The translations under genes and the position numbers were made by a program. A DNA stretch of 63,720 nt, the filler included, from Octopus bimaculoides (lineage: Eukaryota), in assembly GCF_001194135.2 (NCBI RefSeq). It is 8 parts of 6 records of this genome, joined end to end, with 100 filler letters (N's around TTAATTAATTAA, not from the genome) between each part and the next. Parts side by side here need not be neighbours in the genome. Positions count along the whole stretch, not along the records: positions 40,914 to 54,159 come from NC_068986.1; positions 54,260 to 59,520 come from NC_068997.1; positions 59,621 to 62,604 come from NC_068981.1; positions 62,705 to 63,720 come from NW_026311001.1; 4 more parts are not named here. One strand, written 5' to 3'. The notes beneath the pieces are model-generated. The model did no database searches, was not told the origin of the DNA, and saw nothing but the letters and a program-made list of their open reading frames with translations. Numbering within the stretch: position 1 is the stretch's first letter; each line of letters starts with the position of its first letter. Positions 51,527 to 63,720 of the stretch are shown here, in pieces.

Positions 51527-52522
51527 TTATTGTGATGCACCTGAAGATACGATGCTCTTATTTTGCAGACAATTTAGGAAAATCTGACGGAAGCGACTGT
51601 TTAATAGTCCGTAGACAACAGGGTTCATTGCACCGTTAAAGATCCACATTCGAAAGCCTATTTGTCTCAAAGATTCCACAAATACTGGAATTTTCGCCGC
51701 GTATCTTAGTGGATAAAAAATTCCGAGGATTAGACCAGGGATCAAGCTAACAACAAATAAGACCGTAATGCATACCAGAATTTTATTGGTTTGTCTAATC
51801 TTTGTGTATGCTTTTAAGTTCTTTTGGTGGGCATTCGCATCTCCGAAATTTCGACTTTCCGTATAGTTAGCACGTGTATAATGTTTTTTAGCTACCTTCC
51901 AAATGCGATAATATAATAGACACATTATTGCCAAAATGAATATGTCGATTAAAAGTGATATCAGAAAATAACTTTTAAAAATTTTATCAGAACGAGATGT
52001 ATAAACACACATCTGAGCATTTAAATTTGATGAAATCGGAATTTTTGTTTTATCGAAAAACAAAACACCGGGTAAGGCAACTACGATGCAGAGGAAACCA
52101 ATTATCACAGACATTATTTTAGCTTGACGAACCGAAAGTTGTTGTTTATCGTGGCGGCAAACTTTGTTATATCTCTCCACTGCTATCACAAACAATGTGG
52201 AAGTTGAGGTACTGATACTGTAGTATATTACGAATCTTTCCAGCTTGCAAAGAGTTCGGTTGGGATACATCAAAGGATACAATAATTCGACCATTTCTAG
52301 AGGTATTCCGAAAAGGCAACCAATCATATCAAAAACAGCTAAACAAATTAGGAAAATATGAACCGGTAATTTCTGGAAACGAAAACCATAGATGTACATG
52401 GCTATAGCATTGCCGAATATACCAACAGGCATCAAAATAGTGATGAAAATAAACGCTGGTCTCATAGCAGTAAAAGTGTCTCGATTAATATCTTCGATTG
52501 TGGTAGTATTACTATAATTCAT
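51527..52522 (-). CDS. Intronless class A GPCR, 331 aa; GPCR3
   Basis: GN, LAVFD, CKLER, VERY, SLIP and NPVVY motifs with helix 8. Its N-terminus MNYSNTTTIEDIN is identical to GPCR2. Confidence 0.95.
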   Translation of the reverse strand: MNYSNTTTIEDINRDTFTAMRPAFIFITILMPVGIFGNAIAMYIYGFRFQKLPVHIFLICLAVFDMIGCLFGIPLEMVELLYPLMYPNRTLCKLERFVIYYSISTSTSTLFVIAVERYNKVCRHDKQQLSVRQAKIMSVIIGFLCIVVALPGVLFFDKTKIPISSNLNAQMCVYTSRSDKIFKSYFLISLLIDIFILAIMCLLYYRIWKVAKKHYTRANYTESRNFGDANAHQKNLKAYTKIRQTNKILVCITVLFVVSLIPGLILGIFYPLRYAAKIPVFVESLRQIGFRMWIFNGAMNPVVYGLLNSRFRQIFLNCLQNKSIVSSGASQ

Positions 52523-53044
52523 TTTATTTTAATGCTTGTTTTTCGCTTACGAATTCCTTGTCGCAATATATTTACTTTCCACATAAATATGATATCCTTA
52601 CGGAGACTATTTTTCCGCTGGCGATATTCATTTGGTTTACAATTACATTTAATTAAGCACCTTTAGTCTAAAAAGAGTCCTTAATGATTAAATACGAACG
52701 TTAGAAGTCAAAATAACGTTTTTGTATATTTTACACTGCAATGTCATAAGTCGAAGATATTCACTTAAACAGACAAAAATACGCCTTGATATTTGTCAAA
52801 GCCGACGTATATCTGAATTATAAAGATAAAAAAAACTAAAGCAAAGAACAAATTATGGGTGTGAGAAATAAACAAAATACAAAAGGAAAAACGGAAATAT
52901 ACAAGTGCTGGAAATGATGTTATTAGGTGTGTCGTGAACAAAGCTTTATCAGGAAATCTGAATCTCTATTCTCCAAGACGTTGTTTATTTACATTGTGTG
53001 TTTATAAAAAAAAGTCAATAAATTTCTCATGGGGAGGTGGCTGA

Positions 53045-53260
53045 AAAGGCGGCGAGCTGCGAGAATACTTGTGCAAATTCTTAACGGTGTTTCTTCCAAC
53101 TTTTTATCTTCTAAGTTCAAATCCCATCAAAATGAACTTTACCTTTCATCCTTTCGAAGTCGATAAAATAAAGTACTAGTCAAGTACTGGGGGCGATATA
53201 ATCGATTACCTACTTACCCTAAATTTGCTAGCCTTGAACCAAAAATTGAAACAATTATTT
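53045..53260 (+). mobile_element. SINE family D
   Basis: AAGGCGGCGAGCTG...TTTCATCCTTTCGAAGTCGATAAAAT. Confidence 0.8.
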
Positions 53261-53384
53261 AGCTTGACTTGGTGGGTAAGGGTCTGTCAGCAAAGTCATC
53301 GCAAACCCTCCGAGACCTGTTTGACCGATGCCCGTAACTTTTCGCTAAAACTTTTACATATCGTCAAAAGAAGAAAAGCTATGT

Positions 53385-53467
53385 AAACGTTGTGTTAACA
53401 ACAATCAAGATGAGGACAAATATCCGTCAAATGTAAATAATGTAAATAATTCCTCATCTCTTAACTA
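53385..53467 (+). mobile_element. 3' tail fragment of the HHR-tailed element of 38431-38971
   Basis: AAACGTTGTGTTAACAAC...CTCATCTCTTAACTATAGAACTGTA matches 38879-38971. Confidence 0.85.
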
Positions 53468-53821
53468 TAGAACTGTATGAGTTGTACCTATTCTTCAAAT
53501 GGCCGACCTTGCCACATTCAATGTCGCACCGAATCTCCCTGAGAACTACGTCAAGGATATGCATATCTGTGGAGTACTCATCCACTTACACATTAATTCA
53601 TATGATCTCACATTCGCTTTTTTGACCCACTCTCTCCCCCGTTTTACCCATTTCCCCTATTTTTTTCCCCATTTACTTTTTTCTTCCTTTCCCTTTCGTT
53701 ATCCTTTAATGTCTTTATTTCTCGGTCAATATAAAGTTTGAGACCCGTTAACGATTAAAAAAAAACCCCAGCCTACTAGGTGTAAAAAAATTGTGTAGAA
53801 ACCGAATATGAACTATACAAG

Positions 53822-54159
53822 GGAGAGGACTTTCGGAAAATTCACAAGATCCGATTTTTCCCTCAACTTTCAGGAAAATGGATATGTATCGAAATTTTAT
53901 AGAAATACCGTTCAAATGGCACAAATTACGATTTTAAAGAAATTTCTGGGGAAACTTTTTTCCGAAGGGGTAAGGAGAGGACTTGGAAAATCCACATGAT
54001 CCGTTTTTTTTCCTGCTCATAACTTTCAAGAAAATGGATAACTTTTAATAAAATTTTACAGAAATACATTTCAAACAGCATAGATTACAGTTATAAAGAA
54101 ATTTGTGGAAGAAAAGGTTTTCCGAAAGGGTGGGGAGAGGATTTCGGAAAATTCACAAG
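53822..54159. repeat. Tandem repeat with a unit of about 152-160 bp (at least 2.2 copies, running into a gap)
   Basis: GGAGAGGA(C/T)TT(T)CGGAAAAT recurs at 53822, 53974 and 54134. Confidence 0.85.
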
Positions 54160-54506
54160 NNNNNNNNNNNNNNNNNNNNNNNNNNNNNNNNNNNNNNNNN
54201 NNNTTAATTAATTAANNNNNNNNNNNNNNNNNNNNNNNNNNNNNNNNNNNNNNNNNNNNATGTAATTCATACCCTCAAGAAAATAAATATATCATAAAAA
54301 CCCTATTCTAAAAATCAATAAAGTACATAAAAGAATAACTATTAAATGGTATAAAAATGACTACGCACGTTTCGTGGCTATATTTTCAAATAGATAACTA
54401 ATAAAACCAATTCGATTAATAATCAAATCAATCTACAATTAACTCTATTCAAAAATTTAGTCACTCGTCAGGTCTAAAATAAAATAAAATAATAATAATA
54501 ATAATG

Positions 54507-54540
<34 letters not shown>

Positions 54541-56135
54541 GCAATGTACGTATTGTTACTTATATAAATATCAAATAAATATATTAAAAAATACTTGTTT
54601 TAACAATAAATATATAAATAATCGAAAAACATTTAACAATATTTCTTAAAATAAAATCAAAACTTATCTTTTCGAAGAATTGCTGATCCATATATAAATA
54701 AGCATATATACACATATACATACATATATACATGTACATATAAACACACACGTCTGTGTGTGTATATAGATATAGATATACATGCACGTACATATATACA
54801 GAATAGAAGTCAACTCGTGACCGAATAAGAGCACCTCTTCAACTCATTATGCCTTAGCAAACGTTCTAAGAGTCCAAGATGTTTCCGTGCATGAATTTGT
54901 TTTCAGTGGATTAAGTGTTGAATCCACTTTCAACTCTGAACCCACTTTTCAGTGCAATCGGCTATAAAACCAGTGGTACATCGGGGGTTGAGACGACCAG
55001 AAACTAACTTTATTCTAGGTTTTTTTTTTCATGAGTTTACATTTCCTTAGAAGGAATTTCTAACGAAACCTAGAAGTCCTTCACTCCCAGGAGTTCACAT
55101 GATAGTTAACCCATAGCTGAACCCTAACTACTCCAGATTAGAGGAGTAGATCTGAGAACAATAGTGGCTAAGAGCTAGTTTCATATTCTTCATAACCCTG
55201 AGCTCTCGTACTTTGGCCCCACCTTACAATCATGAACCGAATACCTCAACTACTAAGCCATGTGCCCTGTATATGTGTGTGTGTGTATGTGCGTGTGTAT
55301 ATATATATATGTGTGTGTGTGTATATATATGTATGTGTGTGTGTATATATATGTATGTATGTGCGTATATATATATATATATANNNNNNNNNNNNNNNNN
55401 NNNNNNNNNNNNNNNNNNNNNNNNNNNNNNNNNNNNNNNNNNNNNNNNNNNNNNNNNNNNNNNNNNNNNNNNNNNNNNNNNNNNNNNNNNNNNNNNNNNN
55501 NNNNNNNNNNNNNNNNNNNNNNNNNNNNNNNNNNNNNNNNNNNNNNNNNNNNNNNNNNNNNNNNNNNNNNNNNNNNNNNNNNNNNNNNNNNNNNNNNNNN
55601 NNNNNNNNNNNNNNNNNNNNNNNNNNNNNNNNNNNNNNNNNNNNNNNNNNNNNNNNNNNNNNNNNNNNNNNNNNNNNNNNNNNNNNNNNNNNNNNNNNNN
55701 NNNNNNNNNNNNNNNNNNNNNNNNNNNNNNNNNNNNNNNNNNNNNNNNNNNNNNNNNNNNNNNNNNNNNNNNNNNNNNNNNNNNNNNNNNNNNNNNNNNN
55801 NNNNNNNNNNNNNNNNNNNNNNNNNNNNNNNNNNNNNNNNNNNNNNNNNNNNNNNNNNNNNNNNNNNNNNNNNNNNNNNNNNNNNNNNNNNNNNNNNNNN
55901 NNNNNNNNNNNNNNNNNNNNNNNNNNNNNNNNNNNNNNNNNNNNNNNNNNNNNNNNNNNNNNNNNACCACCTGCCTTTAGTTAATTTAGTACGATCGTTT
56001 CACAGTTAAGCAAAAATATCGCTATCAATTTAGAGTAATAATTTGTAGTTTTGGAATCAGTAGTTCTTTGGCTGCTATTTCTGAATTCTCAGTATGTTGG
56101 AGAAGCAGGTTACTGTCAATCCCTATATATTTATG

Positions 56136-56212
<77 letters not shown>

Positions 56213-56705
56213 TAATTTATAATGAATATATGTAGATATGCCTATATTATAAATATATGTTTATACTCATTTATGAATATGTAATATTTTGGACTAATGG
56301 GTATATATCAATTATTTTAGAAATGTGTTGAGTAAAGCGCTGGCACGGTTTGGGCTATCTGATGTCATCTGCAGTTGGAATATATTTCTGTTGGATCTAT
56401 TTCGGGAATTCTTCAGTGTTAGTTGAGATAGTAATCGATTAAGTAAACAAGATGGATTTGGTATAACTCTTTATTTTGTACGATGATCGTTTCGACTCCT
56501 GCGAGTGTTCTTTATGGGTAGGATGCTGTGCATCATATTGTGTTGCATCCATTTTGCAGTCTGGGTCACATCAGGTATATTCATACATAAAGTGGTGTCT
56601 CGCTTGTGTTTGGGTGGTTATGTTATTTGCCTGCTTCAATTAGGGAATATATGCATGTTTGTAAAGTATGTAAATATGTACAAAATTATATGTACTATGT
56701 GTGTC

Positions 56706-56768
<63 letters not shown>

Positions 56769-56803
56769 GTCTGTCTGTCTGTCTGTCTGTCTGNNNNNNN
56801 NNN

Positions 56804-56900
<97 letters not shown>

Positions 56901-56929
56901 CAATATATATATATATGCTTATATATAAC

Positions 56930-57237
56930 TAGCACTCTGTTACGATAACGAGTGTTCCAGTTGATTTGATCAACGGAAGAGCCTGCTCGTAAAATTAACG
57001 TATAAGTGGCTAGGTGCTCCACAGACACGCGTACCGTTAACGTAGTTCTGTGAGAGATTCACCTTCTTACAGAATGTGACAAGGCTGGCCCCTTTGAATT
57101 ACAGGTACTACTCATTTTTTGCCTACTGAGTGGACTAAACAACGTGAAATAGTGTCTTGCTCAAAGATACAACGAACCGCCCAGAATCAAAGTCACGACC
57201 TTACGAATACACTAACCATTAAAATACGCGCCTTCAC
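56930..57237 (-). mobile_element. Composite SINE: family C head/centre plus family B tail
   Basis: 57110-57237 matches 4265-4420 and 56930-57110 matches 2790-2975. Confidence 0.8.
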
Positions 57238-57469
57238 TATATGTGTGTGTGTGTGTGTGTGTGCTTGTGTGTGTGTATACATACATACATACATACATAC
57301 ATACATACATACATACGTATTTTTATTTTTATGAATTTCTGTTAGCTTGCTTTCCTCGTTTCGACACGTGGTGTAATAATATAAGTGAAAATATTTTGTG
57401 GTTAGACGATTTAACGTCTATGTTTCAGCATATTGGCAAAGAAATATTTTTCTGTCTTTTCTTTTGCCC

Positions 57470-57830
57470 TTATTACCTCGCCTTAGCGAAGGCGGAGGTA
57501 TTGTTTTCGGTCGTGTTTGTTTGTCTGTCCCTGGACAAGATATCTCAACAATCGCTGGATGTATTCGGATGAGACTTTCAGGGATGTTTGGTCTCGTGAC
57601 TGGCACGAACTGATTAGATTTTGTCATCGATCCATCACCGGACAAGGATTCTGGATTATATTTCCTGTTTTGTAACTTAATTTTTGAGAGCGTTTACTTT
57701 TACTTTTAGTATTCTCGTTTGTGAGAACAGTCGAGTTTATTTTAGATATTCTTATTTTAAAAATCATCTCCGGCTAGTCGTTGAAAGGACGTTGGAGTTG
57801 CCTTGGCGGTTGTTTGCGCTCTCTGAGTGC
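57470..57830 (+). mobile_element. Helentron/DINE-type non-autonomous element
   Basis: TTATTACCTCGCC...GGAGGTATTGTTTTC start and CTTGGCGGTTGTTTGCGCTCTCTGAGTGCT end. Confidence 0.72.
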
Positions 57831-59227
57831 TCGTTTATGATTGTATTTATAATTTTCACCTTAAAANNNNNNNNNNNNNNNNNNNNNNNNNNNNNNNNNN
57901 NNNNNNNNNNNNNNNNNNNNNNNNNNNNNNNNNNNNNNNNNNNNNNNNNNNNNNNNNNNNNNNNNNNNNNNNNNNNNNNNNNNNNNNNNNNNNNNNNNNN
58001 NNNNNNNNNNNNNNNNNNNNNNNNNNNNNNNNNNNNNNNNNNNNNNNNNNNNNNNNNNNNNNNNNNNNNNNNNNNNNNNNNNNNNNNNNNNNNNNNNNNN
58101 NNNNNNNNNNNNNNNNNNNNNNNNNNNNNNNNNNNNNNNNNNNNNNNNNNNNNNNNNNNNNNNNNNNNNNNNNNNNNNNNNNNNNNNNNNNNNNNNNNNN
58201 NNNNNNNNNNNNNNNNNNNNNNNNNNNNNNNNNNNNNNNNNNNNNNNNNNNNNNNNNNNNNNNNNNNNNNNNNNNNNNNNNNNNNNNNNNNNNNNNNNNN
58301 NNNNNNNNNNNNNNNNNNNNNNNNNNNNNNNNNNNNNNNNNNNNNNNNNNNNNNNNNNNNNNNNNNNNNNNNNNNNNNNNNNNNNNNNNNNNNNNNNNNN
58401 NNNNNNNNNNNNNNNNNNNNNNNNNNNNNNNNNNNNNNNNNNNNNNNNNNNNNNNNNNNNNNNNNNNNNNNNNNNNNNNNNNNNNNNNNNNNNNNNNNNN
58501 NNNNNNNNNNNNNNNNNNATATATATATATATATATATAAATAGATATATATATGATTAGTACACACAAGCACACACACACACACACACGCATATATTTC
58601 AAAGCGGTGTCCCTGCATGTCCCAAGTTCAGTGACTAAAACAAGTAAAAATAAAATTAGTAATAACATGTATGAATGTATAAATATGCGTGTGTGTATGT
58701 GTATGTGTGTGCATGTGTGCGCGCGTGCGAGTGTGTTTATATGAGAAATTGTAACTTTATTTTAAAAAATCGTGTTGGTGTCTGTGATTGTGAGAAAAGA
58801 TTATGATGCAACAACTACATTTGGAATGGCTTCCCAAATGATCACTGACAGTAGGAAATTATAGCTGAATTACAAGCAGCTGGGGATTCGTAGCCCTCCA
58901 ACCTTCCTTCGAACTTTGCACTCAACCGTCTGAAGTCCAGCGTCAAGTTCCTGCAGTTAGTAATGTTTTGGGAGTGCTATAACAATTGTAAGTGTTGCAC
59001 CACCGTCTTTCCTTGCGATTGCAATCAATACAGCGTAGAACCTTTGGCAAATTATGCTTCCACCATTCAATATACTTTTTAATGATGCAGAATATCTGTT
59101 CTAACGCACAGTGCCAAAATAACCACTGTCTAGTTTACAGGTCCACCACATCAACCTGCTTCCTTGGCCAGTTAATTCGTCTGACTTTCAGACGAATTAA
59201 CTCCTATAGAGAATATATGTTGTGTGT

Positions 59228-59520
59228 CCGTCGCTTACGACGTCGAGGGTTCCAGTTGATCCGATCAACGGAACAGCCTGCTCGTGAAATTAACGTGCAA
59301 GTGGCTGAGCACTCCACAGACACGTGTACCCTTAACGTAGTTCTCGGGGATATTCAGCGTGACACAGTGTGACAAGGCTGACCCTTTGAAATACAGGTAC
59401 AACAGAAACAGGAAGTAAGAGTGAGAGAAAGTTGTGGTGGAAGAGTACAGCAGGGTTCGCCACCATCCCCTGCCGGAGCCTCGTGGAACTTTAGGTGTTT
59501 TCGCTCAATAAACACTCACA
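59228..59520 (-). mobile_element. SINE family B, young copy (head lost in the gap)
   Basis: Nearly identical to 2800-3085. Confidence 0.92.
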
Positions 59521-59630
59521 NNNNNNNNNNNNNNNNNNNNNNNNNNNNNNNNNNNNNNNNNNNNTTAATTAATTAANNNNNNNNNNNNNNNNNNNNNNNN
59601 NNNNNNNNNNNNNNNNNNNNTATATATATG

Positions 59631-59685
<55 letters not shown>

Positions 59686-61600
59686 GAACGTTTGCTGGTG
59701 TACATGAAAGCACATATGTTTGTGCGCATGTGTGTATACAATAGACGTGTGGGGATGCAAAAGAATCTGCAGTAGACGTCTTCGCATTATGCACGTATAC
59801 ATATATGATGTTACAATCCAGTTAATTATGTGTTTTCAATGAAAGCAAGCTGGGCAGTAATGAAATTATGTTCTCGATGGAGAAAATTCTGTTCTGTTCT
59901 GTTGAAGCAGCGAAATGTAGAAAGAGGCGTGAAATTGTAATACTTTGCCGCCTGCTGGCTGCAAAGACTTGGTCTTTGTATGTTGTTATACCGCTGTGTA
60001 TTTGTGTGAACTGTCATGTCATCACTGAGCTACACCGTCTATTATAATGATTGTTGGTCCATTATGTGAGGAGTTGACTATTGTAAAGGCCAAGGTGTTT
60101 ACTGAGGGCTGTAAAACTGAATGGTAGTAAACGACTATCTGTCGAGTAATTTGTGTCTTCGCTGCAACGGCTTCTGGAATGGCGCTGTAGTAGCCATGCA
60201 AGCTGTCGTCTGCTGTAATGGCCGCCGGTATCAGTAAAATGTACCGGTAGTCCATTATCAGCAACCAGGTATATCTCTTGATATGTAGCAGTACTCATAT
60301 TATAGATTGGTTAAAATAATTGAATTGATTCGGCCTCGATTAAAAACGTGAGTAGGCAGCTTCGCATCACTGGCACGCCACGAACATAGTTCTCTTTTAT
60401 TAGGAGAAATGCATTACAGTTACATTTAGAATACAAACACCAAAAGCATTACCTCAGAAAGATTATTTTTACCTAATGTACTAATCTTCTGTAACTAGAA
60501 ATGTTGCAGAAATATTTATTGTGGAAATATTTATTTAAGGAATTCAAGGGAACAAATAAAAATAGCCAAAAAACAAAACAAAAAAAAAAGGTTAAAAAGT
60601 GTCACATTTTCATTTGCCATCAGAAAAAAGAAGTCTAACGTTTCGGTTTGTAATCTTCATCGTGGAGTGATCTAAAAAAATAGTTGGATTTGTTTCTTCG
60701 TAAGTTGTCTTTACGTGATACTGTCTGACAGTCGGTGTTCGTTTGTTCACATCCCTTTGACTTGGAGGTTCGGCGGAAGTAAAGGCTTGTAGAAAAATAC
60801 GAGACTTAAAAACAATACATCTGATTTGATGCAGTAAACCCTTAAATGCAGTGCTCCAGCATGGCCGCATTTGAGTGACTATGCAAACAGGTGGTAACTT
60901 AGCCTACCTGATAGAGGAGGGGTTCCACCTAGAGTCAATCAGTGCCATTTTAAGGTATAGGTACGCTGGACAGCTGCCTGGGGCTGTCTGGAATTAGGGG
61001 TCCGAATGCTAATCTATGAACGCCGTGGTTGTGTATGTAGAGACACCAGTATATTATTTTGCTTCTGAGAGCGAAACAGAATATTGGGGCCCACCATGCA
61101 CAATAATGTTACGACGGTTCTGGGTTCAATTAAGAAGCCCCACCGATCGAGGATCACTCTACATCGAAGATCACTTTGCACTCTCACCCGACTGGTCTTG
61201 ATATTATTCGTTCATTATTACAAATGCAAAAAGAAAGCAAAACAATAAACAATTAGCAAATAAAAATTAACAAATATTTATTTAGAGATTTGCACACTTT
61301 CCATATGCGTATCATGCATTTTATATTGCATTTAAAAAAAAAAATAACGGTAGCCATAACATATAACATTTACGAATCATAATTAGATTCTTCAATAAAT
61401 TAGTCATTAGAATTCTTTTGAGGAATGCTTGACTGTATCGAGTGAGCAGAATACAAGCACCAGACAGGCTACAATGTCACATACAAATTAGAATTATTGA
61501 AAACTGTCATTTGCGGAACTAAAAGCCTCTACCGACTACAGCTGTTTAATTGACACGCAGGGAATAACCGTTTTTAAAGAATTCGAAACTAATAAAATTC

Positions 61601-61679
<79 letters not shown>

Positions 61680-61699
61680 GTTGTTGTTGTTGTTGTTGT

Positions 61700-61990
61700 T
61701 CTGTTATAAAACATGGACAAGCATCTGCCAATTAAAGCATTAGGCACAGAGAAAATTAGAGAAAATATTTTTATTCGAAGAAACAACGTGCTTGGAATAC
61801 TAAACAGAAATATTGAAGTGTTTGAATATAATTCGAGCAGAAAAGAGATACATTGCTGGTTCCATCATCCGCAGAAACAATCAAAATATCACGATGCCAG
61901 TGAATGAAGTGGAGACAATGAGAGAATCCAAGGCCGGCGCCAGGGTATTCAAAATTCTCGATTACCCCAGTAATATGTACCCATTTCTCT
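61700..61990 (+). mobile_element. Highly degraded CR1/L2-like RT fragment
   Basis: NNVLGILNRNI and a downstream ERIQGRRQ-like stretch weakly resemble CR1 RT motifs. Confidence 0.4.
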
Positions 61991-62382
61991 TAATTGTACA
62001 ATGTGCGCCCTTTCACTAATCTTATCCTTTAACTTCCCCCAGAAAGTATCCTCTTTTAAACCTACTGAAAATGCACCCCACAAATTATAAACTGTTGTAT
62101 CTTTAGATATATTCAGCGGTGACACCAAACGAGTATTTACTGAATCAATTTTTAGTGCATTGTCGAATACACTGGACGTTCGACATGTTTCATTCACATA
62201 CTTCAATGAAATAGAATTTGGGTAGAGAGCAGGGGAAGGCGCTGGTCATACAGTGCAGTTATTAACCGTTCAGCTTCGATTTTCAAGCTGTTGTCTGTTA
62301 GCTTCTCCGAAGTAGTTTGCTTGTCACAGTTCAGTTTGTACATTCAGCATTCATTTTTCTTTTTACATACATATATATACTC

Positions 62383-62550
62383 GCAGGCATGAATGTGCAG
62401 TTATGAAGTTCGCCTTTGTAACCACGTGGTTTCCGGTTGAGTCCTATTGTGCGGCATCTTGGGCAAACGTGTTCTACTGTAGACTTTGGTCGATTAATGG
62501 TTTTTCAGCAAAGCTTGCAGACGGAAAAATGTCTGGACGCATCGCATGTG
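62383..62550 (+). mobile_element. SINE family A, old 5' half
   Basis: AACCACGTGGTTTCCGGTTGAGTCC...GGCATCTTGGGCAA. Confidence 0.75.
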
Positions 62551-63720
62551 TGTAGCTATATACACATGTTTGTATGGATGGATATATATATATATATATA
62601 TATANNNNNNNNNNNNNNNNNNNNNNNNNNNNNNNNNNNNNNNNNNNNTTAATTAATTAANNNNNNNNNNNNNNNNNNNNNNNNNNNNNNNNNNNNNNNN
62701 NNNNAATCATAATTAACTGATCCTCCTCCTGTATTTTCTTTTACCCAAAACCAGGAACTTTTCAGAATCCACTAATTTATATACTCTTGATAGTTTCATC
62801 TCAAGCGCGGTGACCATGCTGGGGCATCACCAATTCGTGTTGTGACACCTTCATTAAGCCTTTACTTATAGGTATGCATATCTTTGCACACATACACACA
62901 CAAAATACACATTTATATTTCTATGCATGTTTACATGTGATGTGTATGGGTTTGTGTTTGTGTGTGTTTAATGTGTGCATGTATGTGTATCTACGTTCGT
63001 GTTTGTATGCGTGTGTTTGTGTTTGTATATATGAGTGTGTTTGAGTTTATGTATGTATGTGTGTGTGTATCTATGTGTATGTCTGTATTACGATGTCCCT
63101 TCTTCCCTCTCACCAATTCCACAGTCAACCGATTTAATATATATACATATATACATATAAAAAAACACATATACATACATATATTTTTATATAGAGAGAG
63201 AGATATACACATGCATGAATGTATGTATATGTATACCTATATGTATACACACACACACTCACATATATGTGTGTGTGTGTAATANNNNNNNNNNATAAAA
63301 TATTCACACGCAAATGCATATATATGCATATATACACATATATGATACATGTTTGTATACGTCTATGTATGTGTGTTTTTCGGTTTGTTTGTCAGCCTTT
63401 TTAATTGTTTCATCTCGTTCATCCCGTTTGTTTGTTTGTCTTTCATAATCGAATACACACACACACATACATAGACATATACACACATGCTTCATATATG
63501 TGTATATGTATGCATATATACGCATTTGCGTGTGAATATTTTGTAATATTAGAAACCCACGCATACACACACACACACATATATATGTGTGTGTGTGTGT
63601 GTGTGTATGCATATACGTATACATATATATACATATATGTGTATATCTTTAAATATATAAATATGTGTGTGTTGTGTATATGTATATATCTATTTATCTA
63701 TCTATCTCTCTCTCTCTCTC

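Noticed and set aside
59826-60298. Adjacent minus-strand ORFs (78 and 63 aa)
   Set aside because: Short, with no recognisable domain or splice structure.

Overview
AT-rich, microsatellite-dense animal genomic DNA from a gapped draft assembly, with many N runs and seven artificial TTAATTAATTAA gap linkers. The repeat families look like those of an octopus (coleoid cephalopod); this is an inference. The only intact genes are three tandem, intronless, same-strand class A (rhodopsin-like) GPCRs at 42523-43530, 44705-45658 and 51527-52522 (all minus strand). They keep their G-protein-facing loops but diverge in the ligand-facing segments and lack W4.50, P5.50 and CWxP, which makes them a candidate chemosensory or orphan receptor array. 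The rest is transposon-derived: tRNA-derived SINEs of at least four modular families, CR1, Tx1 and R4/Dong LINE remnants, mariner elements and MITEs, a MULE with a 9-bp TSD, a Kolobok-like element, Helentron-type elements and several Penelope-like elements (PLEs). The main non-obvious signals are: (1) about ten hammerhead-ribozyme (HHR) cores, two near-intact, including a Pol III tRNA-headed, HHR-tailed element with PLE-style inverted architecture at 38431-38971; (2) a pri-miRNA-like hairpin at 10564-10646; (3) an (AAT)n-targeted non-coding retroelement beside an R4/Dong remnant; (4) a long, near-perfect hairpin in the likely 3' UTR of the third GPCR. No computation or database search was run.
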